Source of the DNA: Octopus vulgaris
Lineage: Eukaryota
Length of the DNA: 64,000 nucleotides
Reading direction: 5' to 3'
Assembly: GCA_951406725.2 (NCBI GenBank)
Contig: OX597836.1
Span: forward strand, 248,001-312,000
Shown: in pieces, positions 48,059 to 60,599 of the stretch
Layout of the letters: each line of letters begins with the position of its first letter
Numbering within the stretch: the stretch's first letter is position 1
Translations under genes and position numbers: made by a program
Notes under the pieces: generated by a model
What the model was told of the DNA's origin: nothing
The model's input: the letters and a program-made list of their open reading frames with translations, nothing else
Databases searched by the model: none

Positions 48059-49149
48059 CTCCATTTCGTCCATTTTTCTAATTTACTATTTTTCTAACTT
48101 ATGTCAGTAAAATTTTGCAATGAATTCTTTTACAATTTCAGTTTCTTAAAGAAATGACTTCCTAGCAAAGTAAATAAAACACAAAATAAATCATTTTTTT
48201 ACATAAAGTAAATAATTTTTTTAAAACAAAGTAAATAAAACACAAAAACACAAAGTAAAAAAAAATTTTAAACAAAGTAAATAAAACAAAAACACATAGT
48301 AAGGATCGAGTAGTCACGACTAGCTAGCGCGAGTGCACGCACTGTGACCACTTTTCTTAAGTAGTACCGGAATAGCAGATCGCCGAGAGGTTGTTGAGAA
48401 TATTTTATGTTGAGTTTTTAGATTTAGTGAAGTTTTGTTAATTTCATAGGCGTTATTTTTCCATGAACTTTCATTTGACTTAAATGTTTATAATCTTTGT
48501 TACATTTCTGATCTTTCTGATATCTAAGGATGGATATTGGTGTGCATGAGTCGTTTTTCAAATGTAGTTCTAGAGAATTGAAGAGATAAATTTAGCTTAT
48601 TTTGTCCTATTCATTTTGTCCCACCTAAATTTGTCTTTAGTATGATCAATGGGAACAGGAAATTCCTTATTATATCCTACATATACTGCTAAAAAAACAA
48701 CAAGAAAAACTTTTTTGAAACATCAAGGCTATGAATTAATGATTTGAAGTAAATAAAGATATTCAGTCCACATAAATAATCTACACCTGGAATCTTATGA
48801 GAAAAGATGGGATGACAAGAAGGCACATCCATTTCACCATAGCAATGAGATCCAGGTGAGGCTGAAGTGAGTAGTGGTATGCAGTTTAAATGATAAATGG
48901 AATGTGGCCACCAGGGGGATAAACAGTAAATTTGATGGATGAGAAAAGTAGCGGTTCGGCAAAAGAGACCGATAGAATAAGTACTGGGCTTACAAAGAAT
49001 AAGTCCCGGGGTCGATTTGCTCGACTAAAGGCGGTGCTCCAGCATGGCCGCAATCAAATGACTGAAACAAGTAAAAGAGTATATGTTTTCAATTCAACAT
49101 CTGTTTATTGTTTAAAACTTGTTGTTTTGGACACAATGATTTAAAAAAA

Positions 49150-50540
49150 TAATAATAATTGACAGATTAATGTTCTGAACAAGCTGCTGAGAAGAAGGGA
49201 GTTTGGGAATAGGATTAGCAACTGCTAATCAACAGAGTTGTAATGTCAGGGGTACTGTGACATAGGAGGAACCTAATTTCAATGTTGGTGGACTATAAGA
49301 AATCTTTTGACTCTGTCCCTCAATTGTGGATGTTAGAAGCTTTTCAAATTGTTAATGTTCCACAGAGTATACCATAGATGACCTAACCTCATCCTGGACT
49401 ACCATCTTAAAGCTGATGAGATCCATAGCATTGATATAAAACCAAAAACATATTAACCAGCACAAATAATCTTCACACCTATAGTGACATGGACCACCTC
49501 TACCTAAAATGAAAACAAGAAAGCAGAGGTCTAACTTCAGTTCATATCTCTTCGGCAATATCTTTTAACCACCAAGCATTGAAGTGTATCCTTAGATCAA
49601 GTCTACATACAAGGCAGGTAACATCATGAGACTTGGAAAGCAGCTTCTTGAAAAGTATTTCTTGTCTGATGACCTTGAATGTATGCCAAAGAAATTGCAC
49701 AGCTTTACTGCAACATATCAGACAGAAGGATGAGTGCACATCAGCAGAAGGCTATGTGTGGATACGTCAATAGAAATGACAGCAACAGTGATAATGAAAA
49801 TAGTCCATTGTGGACCAACAACCAGATCCCTAAGTCTCACTTTGAAGAGTTTTCATTTGCAATCTAGGAGCAAGAAATAACAATCAAATTCTTGGTGTAC
49901 AAAAGGAACATAGACACAGAGAAAACATTGAAATATGATAGCCATTAGAGACTTTGTGAAGTTAACAGTGAAGACAACATCAACATTACAAGCTGTTGTC
50001 TGAAAATGCCATTGCATTATTATCTACCAATGAGACTTGATGATGTGACCAGGACACTGTACAATGAGATCTGTTGGAAGATAAACCTGAGACCAGAGAG
50101 ATACAAACCCACAGTACAGTAAACACCATTACTACTCATAATGTAAAAGAGTATTGGTGAGGGGGAATGATTCTGTCAAAGCCTCACTAAATACAAACAT
50201 AATAGAAGAGATGTAGTGATTTGGGAGAGAAAAAAGAAACTATAAAGAGCAGCAGAAATCATTTGCCCGACTTGTGTCAATATGAAGCTAAAGATCAGCA
50301 AAGCAGAGAACAACTGTGCTGAGCTACCGAGAGATTTATAGGGACTCCACCCAGATTACTAGTTCAGATTTATACTTGTAATTACTGGGGCACTGGGACA
50401 TGTAACAAACTATCTCAACACCAACTTTGAAAAATTAGGATTCTCAAATTCAGAAAGGAGAAAGCTAATTAGAAAACTACATATACAAGTCATCAATGGA
50501 ACTGTCAAAATATTTAAAACTTACCAGAAGTTTAGCATGT
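49150..50540 (+). mobile_element. Decayed RLE-type non-LTR element (R4/Dong-like)
   Basis: DYKKSFDSVPQLWMLEA RT segment; CCHC-region remnant (RLCEV...YYLPMR.D); C-terminal DVVIW...EIICP...K...IIGALG-type restriction-like endonuclease remnant. Confidence 0.75.
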
Positions 50541-50799
50541 AAGTTCATATGCACAGGTTTATATATACGACTATATGCATAAGTATACATACATAAAACA
50601 AAACATATAAATCTGCACATGCACTAACCACAAATAATTGCACATATACACACCTACATGAACAGCTACCCTGTTGGTGCATTTGAAATTTCAATGAAGG
50701 AATCATGGATTTAGGTTAGAAACTGACTCTTTCTCCATATGCAAGAAATCTAGAAATAAAATTAAATAATAACAGATACACACACAACACACATACAAA

Positions 50800-51560
50800 T
50801 TCTCTGAGGGCACAGATGTTCCAAGGGTGGTTGAACTGGCTTATTCTAACAGACATGGAAAAGAAATACTCATCATACCTGCAGAAAGTTATGCATGGGC
50901 ACACATGTCACAGATTGGAGAATGCCAGAAACATTGAGAGGAATTGTAGCCTCTCTTCGACATGCAATAACTACATCACAATGCATCTCGAAGTCTATGT
51001 CTTTGCTATCCAAAAACAGGAGACAGTTACTGATCAAGAAGAGAGATGTCCCTAAGCATCAATGTTGTGATTGAAAGCAAAATTATATGATTCCAGTTTG
51101 GAAGCTATCACTCTTGCCATCAGTGGCTGCTCAAAAATATCTACAAGACATTACCTCCGCATGGGACATAATGCTGCAGCCAAGAACCAGAGAATATGTA
51201 CACATTTCAAGATAAAAACACAGTTGGAAAATTCCCATAAAAACAGCCATCCAGTGTCAGCACAACAGGAGAGCTTTGGGTTGTATGGGACACGTAGCAA
51301 AAATCATGCACCATTGTAGAGAACGGAGCACAACAGATGTGAACTTCTCTTCAAAAACTGGAGAATGGAGAACTCTCATATTCAGGCTACAGGTTTCCAG
51401 TTGTTATTATTATTGGTGCACTGGATTATGTAACAAATGACATACAAATAAAACTAGAAATGCTTGGGTTCTCCAAAAGAGAGCAAACTGATTTGCATTT
51501 TCCAGATTCATTCCATCACAGAAATAGTAAAAATATGTAAAACATTCCAATGATTCTCCA
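50800..51560 (+). mobile_element. Second decayed RLE-type LINE 3' fragment
   Basis: HLEVYVFAIQKQE, ISGCSKISTRHYLRMGHN, PVVIIIGALD segments parallel those in 49150-50540. Confidence 0.65.
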
Positions 51561-52439
51561 TTTGAGGCTCCTGGGTGAACATATGCACAAAAACCACATA
51601 TACACACAGACACAAAATCAGAAATGAAATATACACAATTGTATTCTGTTGAGTCATGCACACATATGAGTACAAGTTTACTCATATGTACATGAATGTG
51701 CACAATACATACATCAACCAGTTCATGTAACCACAAACCCCAAGAGCTGTCTCGATTTGAATAAGAGAGCATTGCCACTGTTAGTGACTGGCTTGAATTC
51801 TGCAAAAGAAAAACCTTAAAATTATCTCAAAGACACATACATACACACACACACAAACTGTCATTCTGTGGGTTATGAGGACAAATGTTCCAGTTGATTC
51901 AGTCAATGGAACAACCTGCTCATTAGATTAACATGTGACTGAGCATTGCACGAGCACATGTACCCTTACCATAGTTTTCAAGGAGATTCAGTAAGACACA
52001 GAATGTGACAAGATTGGCCCTTTAAATTACAGGTACAACTCACTTTTGCCAGCTGAGTGTAGCTAAGTGAACTAAAGTGTCTTGTTCAAGGACACACTGT
52101 GCTGCTAGAATTCAAACTTACGACCTTACAATCGTGATCCAAATATCCTAACCATTAAGCCATGCACCTTCACTCTCACACACACACACACACAAGAGGT
52201 GCATTCAATAAGCATCTGCCTTTATTTTTCCCCACCAAAAGTTATGCTGTGTGGGCAAAACTGTTTGGGTGGGAGCTGATGCCACCCTTCCTGCAGATAC
52301 GCAAAACTTTTCATGTGGGTAGGCCATGTCAGTTGCAGACTGTTACACGTAGGGTACAGACATGTAGTGCATGCTTGTCATGAAACAATCCAGGAAATTG
52401 CTGGCGATGTGGCATAGGATCAGTGCATTCCATTTTAAG

Positions 52440-55020
52440 TGAAGAACACCCAAGATAAACTTGCCAAACGTATTCTAATGAAATTACTAAATGGAAGTAA
52501 GCAAGATGGAAAACAAACCTTGAAGAGTTAACAATCTTTACTTCAATATTGGATGGTTAACCATCATAATAAAATGTAGGGAGAATAAGGAGTTCACATC
52601 TCACCAATTACATCTTATCCAGAAAACTCTATAGCAACTCTTCATATCAAGCTCTTCAGGGCAATGCTAATTACTTTAAAGAACTCAGGATGATGAGAGA
52701 AAAAACTTTGCCATAGAAAGTTTAGACAGAAGACTTTATAACCTCTCCAGCAACTTTGTATAAGAGTAGCATTATGATGTAATTTCTTGGCATGCTTTCT
52801 GACGATCCAGCCTCTCATTACACGTTGAATGAGTTGAGCTGCATGATCTCGCCTTTTCAGATACTGCTGGAGATAACACGCAATCGTCAAGATGGCACTC
52901 TTCTTCTTTTCAAAAAGTCTTCTTGCATAAAAAGCATGGATATTTTGAGCAAAGCAAAGATCTTGAATCATTCTGGTTTGAGATCTGGAATGAAAAGAGA
53001 TGTTTTAATCTGAATGTATCATGGCTAAACTTAGGAAAGAATACTGAACCAACATTGACAATAAAACATACAGTTGATCCAGAAACTTTCCCCATTGCCG
53101 TGGGTGATTTACAAAATGAGAAGACACATGAAAGAGACTGACTTTCTACAGAAAGGCATTAAAGTGTTCATTCAAAAGAACCACGGAAGGCCAGATTGAC
53201 ATAGCAAATTGGCCTCCTATAGCAGAGATGAATCTTGTAGCCAAAAATGACAATTGAGCCAGCATAAAGCTATATGCCTAAGCATGATGTACAAGCTTTA
53301 CACAAGCGATTTCAATCAACTTGTCAAGGAGTGCAATAACAAGTGAAAGACATGTGGAAAGAAGGGTGAGCAGGGGTGTGTCAAACAGCTTTGGATAACA
53401 AAGATGTGCTGTCCAAAGTAAGAAAACACTACAGAAAACTTGTGACAGTGTGGCTTGGTTATAGGAAGGCATTTGACTCTATTGCTCACTTATGGGCTGA
53501 AGTCTCTGCACCTGACAGAAGTATCTACAACCTTACTTGGTGGCATTGAGTGGCTCACAAAGGCCTGAGCAACAATCCTCATACTCAGAGCCCCCCACCC
53601 CTTTTTTTTGCCATTGACTCCATTATTGTTTCTGCTCCAAGAATCCAATGATTACATGCTTGGGTCTGCAACTTCAAGATACCTATGTAACCAGTACTTT
53701 CTTTGTTGACCTCCTGAAAATTTATACTAAATCGTTTACAATGCCCCAAAATGGGTGGAATTCATTAGTAATTTTCAGCAGACATTGGAGTAGAATTTTA
53801 GGGCTGAATATGGACTGTCAGTCCACAACCCCAGAACCTGTGCATCCATGGCCTCTCTATTTCTCCTGTTCCACACATGCAATGTTACATATACCTAGCA
53901 TTGATGAAAACATATACAAAAATGCTATAAAGGAAGTTAGAGTGATCCGAGAATATTATATCAGACTTTAAAAAAAATATAGCAGTTAGAACTCTCCTCT
54001 TACAATATTTCACAATGCCTTTTCAGCACCAGTACTGATACCAATATCTCAAATACTTGACTGATCTGTAGAAGAAATCTACTACACTGACATTAAAACC
54101 AACAAGGTCCTAACATCAACTGGAAACTTCCACAGAAACAGTGATATCAACAAGCTCTACCTAAGAAGAGATGAAAGAGATTGGGGTAGAAGCTTTCTCT
54201 TCCTAACAACCTCCTATACACCTCAAAGACAGCTAGACTAACATACTTCAAATATGACCTAAATGTGTACTGCTCAGTATAAGAAAAACAAAAATTCCTG
54301 CATGGGTATGTTTCTCAAAGACTTGATGACACATGGACATGAACTGCATCCTCTCTTGAGATCATGACTGCTACATCACAATCACACTTCAAAATTCCTG
54401 ATAAAGAAAAGAGACATTGAAACCTCTGGTGCCCCAAGATGCCATTGAAAATGCTGATTATGTCACATTCCTCTGGAAGATATTACGTGTGATTAGCAGC
54501 TGCCCAAAAATGTTATCAAGGTACTATTGCTTAATGTAATACAATGCTGCCACTAAAACAATATAGAATGCCTTCTGAAAACAACAACAAAATCTACCCT
54601 GAGATAAATACAAAGAATACCCCTGTTATTGAATACATGCGTAAGCATCTACACAAGCAATATTGGTGGAATATGCCAATCAAAACTTCTTCCAAGTACA
54701 AACATTACAGGCTGAATATCATTGTTTGGGATAGAGAATCAAAAGTATGTACCGTCGTTGAGGTCAGCTGCCCTCCTGATGTGAATATCTCTTTGAAAAT
54801 CAAACAGAAAGAGGATAACTATAGACAACTGCTTTGAAACCTCCAGCTTCCCTCCCCAGATTATAATCCAATTTATACCAATAATAATTGGCACACTTGG
54901 TTTTGTGAGTAATAAACCTAAGTGGCAATTTGGATAAGCTAGGGGTTTCAGAAAGAAAGTAATTAACCAGTCAACTTGCATATTACAAATACAGTTTGTC
55001 AATGGAAATATAAAAGCATC
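52440..55020 (+). mobile_element. Decayed RLE-type LINE (R4/Dong-like), interrupted at ~52732-52941
   Basis: ESFWFEIWNEK..NVSWL, ggttataggaaggcatttgactct (YRKAFDS), FFVDLLKIY, YWWNMPIKT..RLNIIVWDRESKVCTVVEVSCP.DVNI..K..KEDNY, PIIIGTLG. Assignment of the part left of 52732 to this LINE is less certain. Confidence 0.75.
52732..52941 (-). pseudogene. Isolated IQ-repeat coding fragment resembling the C-terminal IQ region of ASPM
   Basis: 70 open codons with IQ motifs AAQLIQRVMRGWIVRK and ATLIQSCWRGYKV; no convincing splice sites or neighbouring exons; abuts LINE sequence. Confidence 0.65.
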
Positions 55021-55629
55021 AAATTACGAACTTGTTTTTATTATCTACGTTTCAACAATAGAGTTTTGTATTTTTGATAGTAAACAACAACTTCCTCACA
55101 GAAGAGAACATGCATGCATCTATGCACACATACTTACACACATACAAAGTTTTTATTTAGGTTGCAACGGTCTCTGTGCAGTTAGAGGGTCATCAGGCAG
55201 CTATGGTCTTACATATTCTTCCAAGAGTCAACACTAAACTTCTAGCTTTTGTTTCAATCATATTGGATTGTGGCAGCACAGTGAGGAGTTTTAGATGGAC
55301 AAATCAACTCCAGTATTTTTTTTTAAGCCTGATACTTTCTCTATTGGTCTCTTTCAGCTGAACCACTAAGTTATGGTAACATAAATGAACCAACACTGGT
55401 GGTCAATTTAAACATAGAATGGTGGTGGTGCTCCAGCATAGTCACAGCCTTTGGGCTGAAACATAAAGAAGAAATATGGGTAGGTAGGTAGGTATTTAAT
55501 TAGAGGATATGTTAACCTCATGAGGGGATGGCTTCATCCAAGGAAATACTGGTTCAATATCTAGTATTTTTGGGGAATGAATTTCTTTAACATAATAAGT
55601 ATATATAAAGCATATAGTTTATAACCATT

Positions 55630-55962
55630 TAAAAGAAGAAAATGGAGATTAGGAAGTTAGTAATTGTTTATTATTAACAACAAATAAGTCATCTTCTCTT
55701 ACAGCCATTTCAATTAATACTCAATAATTTAATTACAAATTTGTACATTAAATTTACATTTATGTGACATGAGTATAATTTCATCAGAGTAAAAAAGATG
55801 TACATTTGTGTTATATGTGGGCAGCCCACATAAATTTAATGTACAAATTTATAATTAAATTATTGAGTATTAATTGAAATGGCTGTAAGAAGCGAAGATG
55901 CCCAGTTTGTTGTTAATAATAAGCAATTGTTAACTTCCTAATCTCTATTTTCTTTTCTTTTA
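55630..55962. repeat. Long inverted repeat / fold-back element (~125-bp arms)
   Basis: gagattaggaagttag...cttacagccatttcaattaatactcaataatttaatta..ttgtacattaaattta is mirrored by taaatttaatgtacaaattt..taattaaattattgagtattaattgaaatggctgtaag...taacttcctaatctc. Confidence 0.9.
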
Positions 55963-55984
55963 GATAGAAAGATAGATAGATGAC

Positions 55985-56132
55985 AGGCTCCTTTCCATTT
56001 CCATCTACTAAGTCTACTCACAAGGCTTTGGTTGGCCTGAAGATAGAGTAGAAGACACTTGCCTAAGATGCAACACAGTAGGACTGAACCTAGAATTATA
56101 TATTTGGGAAACAAATTTCTTACCACATCCAC
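55985..56132 (-). mobile_element. tRNA-derived SINE (family B, CORE-like); other copies near 5110-5280, 15995-16145, 18370-18520, 27270-27450, 28680-28800, 32520-32650, 43790-43930, 62460-62550
   Basis: Shared ggttcagtcc.actg..tggcaccttgggcaagtgtcttctactatagc core with (TG)n tails. Confidence 0.7.
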
Positions 56133-56672
56133 ACTTCTGTGTGTGTGTAAGTAAGCATGCGTGCATGTTATAATTCAATTTTATTTCAAGATTCTTTGCC
56201 CATAGAGAAAGAGCTGGTTTCTAACCTTGATCCAAGGCTTCTTCATTGAAATTTCAATACCAACAACAATATATGTATGTATGCGTACAGATTTGTATGT
56301 TTTGTTTTATGAATGTCTTCTCATAGACTTGCATATCTAGTCATGTTCATATATACTTAAATGATAAACGTCTGGAAAGTTTTACAGATTTTTACAGTTC
56401 CAGTGATGGTTTGGATCTGTAATCTTTGAATCAGCTTTCTCCTTTCTGGTTTTGAGAAGTCTAATTTCTCAAAATTGGTATTTAGGCAGTGTGTTACATA
56501 TTCCAGGGCCCCAATATTACATGAAATTGTAACCTGGAGAGAGTAACTGCAGATTTATCAATGTATGTAGGTATGAATGCCTGCATGCATGTCTACTTTT
56601 GTCATGTTATTTACAAATAAAAACAGTGGCCGAAATTTCGAAGTTTGTTAAGCCATATCTTGTAAAGTTACA

Positions 56673-56885
56673 GGCGGCGAGCTGGCAGAAACGTTAGCAC
56701 GCCGGGTGAAATGCGTAGCTGTATTTCGTCTGTCGTTACGTTCTGGGTTCAAATTCCGCAGAGGTCGACTTTACCTTTCATCCTTTCGGGGTCGATAAAT
56801 TAAGTACCAGTTACGCACTGGGATCGATGTAATCGACTTATCCGTTTGTCTGTCCTCTCTGTGTTTAGCCCCTTGTGGGTAGTAA
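56673..56885 (+). mobile_element. Young family-A SINE with 13-bp TSD
   Basis: CpG-intact ggcggcgagctggcagaaacgttagcacgccggg...; atatcttgtaaag at 56655-56667 and 56894-56906. Confidence 0.9.
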
Positions 56886-57034
56886 TTAAATATATATCTT
56901 GTAAAGATTAATAGAGAGAGTAAATTTATATGTATTTAAAAATATAAACACTAGACGTTAGCATTGTTGAAAAGCCAAAGACAAGGAGCAAAGAAGACAT
57001 GTGTCATTCGTTAACGAGTAATGTCAAATAGAGA

Positions 57035-57130
57035 TATATTTCTTTATTAACCTATAAAAGGTTTACATAGAGGGGACACGACAAGGACAGACATTCAGGG
57101 CCCCAACTCGCTTCTTCCATACAGAGTGAA
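57035..57130 (-). mobile_element. Short retroposed element with 15-bp TSD; second copy at 1599-1705 (+)
   Basis: aatgtcaaatagaga at 57020-57034 and 57131-57145; the insert is the reverse complement of 1599-1705. Confidence 0.8.
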
Positions 57131-57518
57131 AATGTCAAATAGAGAGAATGACAAACGGAAGTTGAAACGTGAGTTATCTTCCTTGAATCGACCACAAAAT
57201 ATCTTCGTATTTACACGGTTTCTCTACACGTAGAACACACAAGCAATATACATACATATATATATATATACATATATATACACCACCCGAGTCCTTTTTC
57301 AGTTGGTAAAACACGCAGACTGGTGGACACTCGGTGTTTGGTTCAATAACACTAGCAGCACCACCTCTCCTATACACACACACACATATATATATATATA
57401 CACACACATATATATACATACGCACTCTATTGCTGTTTTCTCTCCAGTAAACACCCCCTGCTCATATTTATAAACAGTTAAACATGTTCGGCAATTCGAC
57501 CGTCGTTGTTTCTGCATA

Positions 57519-57572
57519 ATGAACCCTGTTGAAGTGGACGAGATCACCGGACTCGGGTCCTACCTGAAGTCG
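57519..57572 (+). CDS. Probable first coding exon of an unidentified gene (MNPVEVDEITGLGSYLKS)
   Basis: ATG in a CpG-rich island, 18 open codons, strong donor TCG|gtaaga; upstream ETS-like CGGAAGT at ~57156. No downstream exon identified. Confidence 0.5.
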
Positions 57573-59619
57573 GTAAGATTCATGATTTTCTTATTAATAA
57601 ATTGATTTTGAACGAGTAAAATCGTTTTGGTTTGATTTACGGAACTTCATCAATCCGCTTGTTTTTGAGAAACTGGTGGCGGATTTGGGGGACGAACCCT
57701 GCACCACACATTCACCTCTGAGCAAATGAAGGAAGCCTTTATGTGGTTGCTCGTTCTGCTGGAAATAGCTACAAAATTTCCTTCTTGTGTTTAAATAAAA
57801 ATTAAGGACACATCAGATAATGTTGACCTGGATATACCACAATAAAAGCGGGATCGCGTCGTGTTTTGGTTTTTTTTAATCATCGTGGGCCACTTAACGA
57901 GAAGTGACCAGCAACATAATACGAACAAATTTGTTTCTTTTTCTTTATTTTTCTAATTAGTAATGAAAGTAATTTATAACAACTTCGTTGAATTTCTTGA
58001 TCTATGAATATCTTTAGAATATCTCTCTCCCTTGTGTTTATGGAACAGAACACCATTAGTTAAATACTGTTAATTATTGTATAAAAAAAAAAAGTTTGTT
58101 GGTTAAAATAGTGATTTTGTTCAGTCCCCAGGCAGCCTTGATTGAGCAAATAAAAAGTCAGAGAGATTGTCATGGGTGGAATGTCATTCTCTAAGCCAGA
58201 CATTCCAACTGTGTGTGTTTGTGCACGCTTTTTCCCTTTTTTTTTTCTTTCTGAGCTTAATGTCCCCCTGAGTACATTCTGTTTTTTTATAGGGTGTAAT
58301 TTTGAAGTAGATTTTACAGCTTTCATGTCGATCGTTCATGATGGGGTGCCTGCATTACCTGAGCTTCTCTTCAGTTAAGTGTTGGACCTTGTCTGTGGTG
58401 CCTTTATCCTTTGTATATGTATTTACTCTACTTTTGCCAGCTGTACATCGTTTTTATTTGTTTTTACATATATATAATTTTCCGTGTCTAAAATGTCCGT
58501 AGTACTTCGTCTGTATGATGTATATTGTCCATCGTGTGTGTTGTGATGTTTATTGTACTCATGTCTGTGTGTAACATCTATTGTTGTCTGTTGTACTTCG
58601 TTTACATTAAGTACAAGGTACACAATGCACTCACTTTCTCCAATTTCTTTTCTTACGATTAATTACATGGGTAGTCTTCGAGAATAGAGGTCTAAATTTA
58701 ATCATCGATTTGCTTTCTCAAAAGTTAGAGCAGCTTCCATGGTCAAGGGCATTTTATTTTTTATGTATGTGTGCATGATTACATTAAGTAACTTGTCCTA
58801 CTTTTTTGAAGCCGGTAAGATTTGACTTGTGGCTGCGATTTCTGGCAGGTCGAGCAACCACATAAAACCTGCATCGTTGGCAGTTGTACATTATCCTTGC
58901 TAAACAGAATGAACGGGTTAAAATTAACAATGAGAATATATTTCGTTCTTGTCATATAACACACACGTATACGCATTCTCATGTAAACCGTTTTAATTCA
59001 TTTTATGACCTTGTATACTCCTAATTTCTATATATTCTAAACTTCACTAGTATTGGCTCAACATTAAAGGGAATTAGAATAATTGGTGGTAAAGATGTTT
59101 CTTTATCGTACACAGCTTTCCCTCTTCACAATGGCATTAATGCTGTACAGCGCAATAGACAGATTCACAAGTGAATGTTTATAACAACAGTAATTATCTG
59201 AATGGTTTCTATTTTGGCCTCAAAACCAGCATTTTTGAAGGGAGGGGATTAGCCTTTTAGATCAACAATAGTACTCGACTGGTATTGTATTTTATTGACT
59301 CTGGAGGGATGAAGGGCCGAGTTTACCATGGCAGGATTTGAACTCAGAAATGAAATAACTGAAAGTAAAATCGCAAGGCATTTTTTACGATGTTTAACAA
59401 TTCTGCTAATCCTTTGCCTTGAGATAATGATTTATTTGTCACAGTGACATGGATGAAGAAGATACTACAAAAAACAGGTTATATGCTTTGTAAGTAGTTT
59501 ACTTAAAATAAGAGAAAAAATGGAATGAAATATGATGTTACAATCATCTGATGTAGAACCACCTATAACTAAGCCCTATCAGGGAAATGACAGAGTTGAG
59601 ATCTCCTTGACTATCAAGT

Positions 59620-60060
59620 GCAAATGCTCTCCTCCAGCTGTTGTCTCCAATTTCCAGGTGCATGCTTAGAATCGTTCCTATCCACTCCATTTTTACCACT
59701 GTCATCCACCTTTTGATGAATTCACTGCGTAAGCACTTCCCTCTTCACCCACACCCTTCATTCCAAATGGAACTTTAAACAATCATTGACCAAATAGGAA
59801 AGGGTATTTCCTTAGTCCTTTCATCATAAGTTAGTTACCTACCATGCTCTAAGAAGGGTGGCAGTGTGATTTTGAATCTGTCTTGGAAGTGGCAATAGCT
59901 GTTCAATATGATCCCTTAAATCAGCAATGTTTGAGCACTGAACAAATGTCTGCAGAATGATTTCTTGCTTTGTGCACATCTCAAACACTCCTGCTTGTAA
60001 AACTGGGCTTCTCAAACTTTTTTTTCTGGTGTACCCCTTCATGTCTGGCAGTGTTAGCAT
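59620..60060 (-). mobile_element. L1/Tx1-like LINE ORF2 C-terminal fragment
   Basis: CTKQEIILQTFVQCSNIADLRDHIEQLL (decayed CCHC finger) followed by ...EFIKRWMTVVKM. Confidence 0.55.
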
Positions 60061-60599
60061 ACCTCATCTGAAGAATATACTGTCAAATTGTTGGAATCCA
60101 TAGAATAGACAATAAGGCATATAATATCTGTTATTAATTTAAAGAGTTCAGATCAACTTTTGTCCTCCTGGGTTAATAAAATATCAGCCATACACTAGGT
60201 CAGTATAATTGACTGTTTCTCACCCAAATTTCTGGCCTTGTCTGTGTAAGACATACATACATACATTTATTTAATTAATTTAATTTAATGTTGAATTTAT
60301 AATTAGATGAATTTGCTTGGCTCTTTCTGATGAGTAACTCAAGTCTAGGCATAATTTCGGAGGGGCTTACCTTCATATCATTTTGAATTGACAGTTTTGC
60401 ATGAAATTTGGTTTTTAGTCAAAATAATAAGTGAACAAAGGCTTCCCACACATTTTTGAGATAAAGGAGTTCTGTTCAGTTGGTTGTAATTACATAAAAA
60501 TTGCATTGTTTTACAAATTCTATATACCCCTACAATTTCTCCTGTATTCCCCTTGAAATACACATCCTAGTTTGAGGATCCCTGCTGTAGAGTTTGTCT

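Noticed and set aside
52642-52984. The IQ ORF as an exon of an intact local gene
   Set aside because: The apparent acceptor at 52985 lies within antisense LINE sequence, there is no good donor after the IQ motifs, and no companion exons were found.
56673-56760. tRNA gene (A/B-box-like sequence)
   Set aside because: It is the head of a multicopy SINE with no complete cloverleaf, and it continues into the SINE body and tail with a TSD.
59839-60060. 73-aa minus-strand ORF with a gtaggt donor as a host exon
   Set aside because: It fits better as the decayed zinc-finger region of an L1/Tx1-like ORF2, collinear with adjacent LINE remnants.
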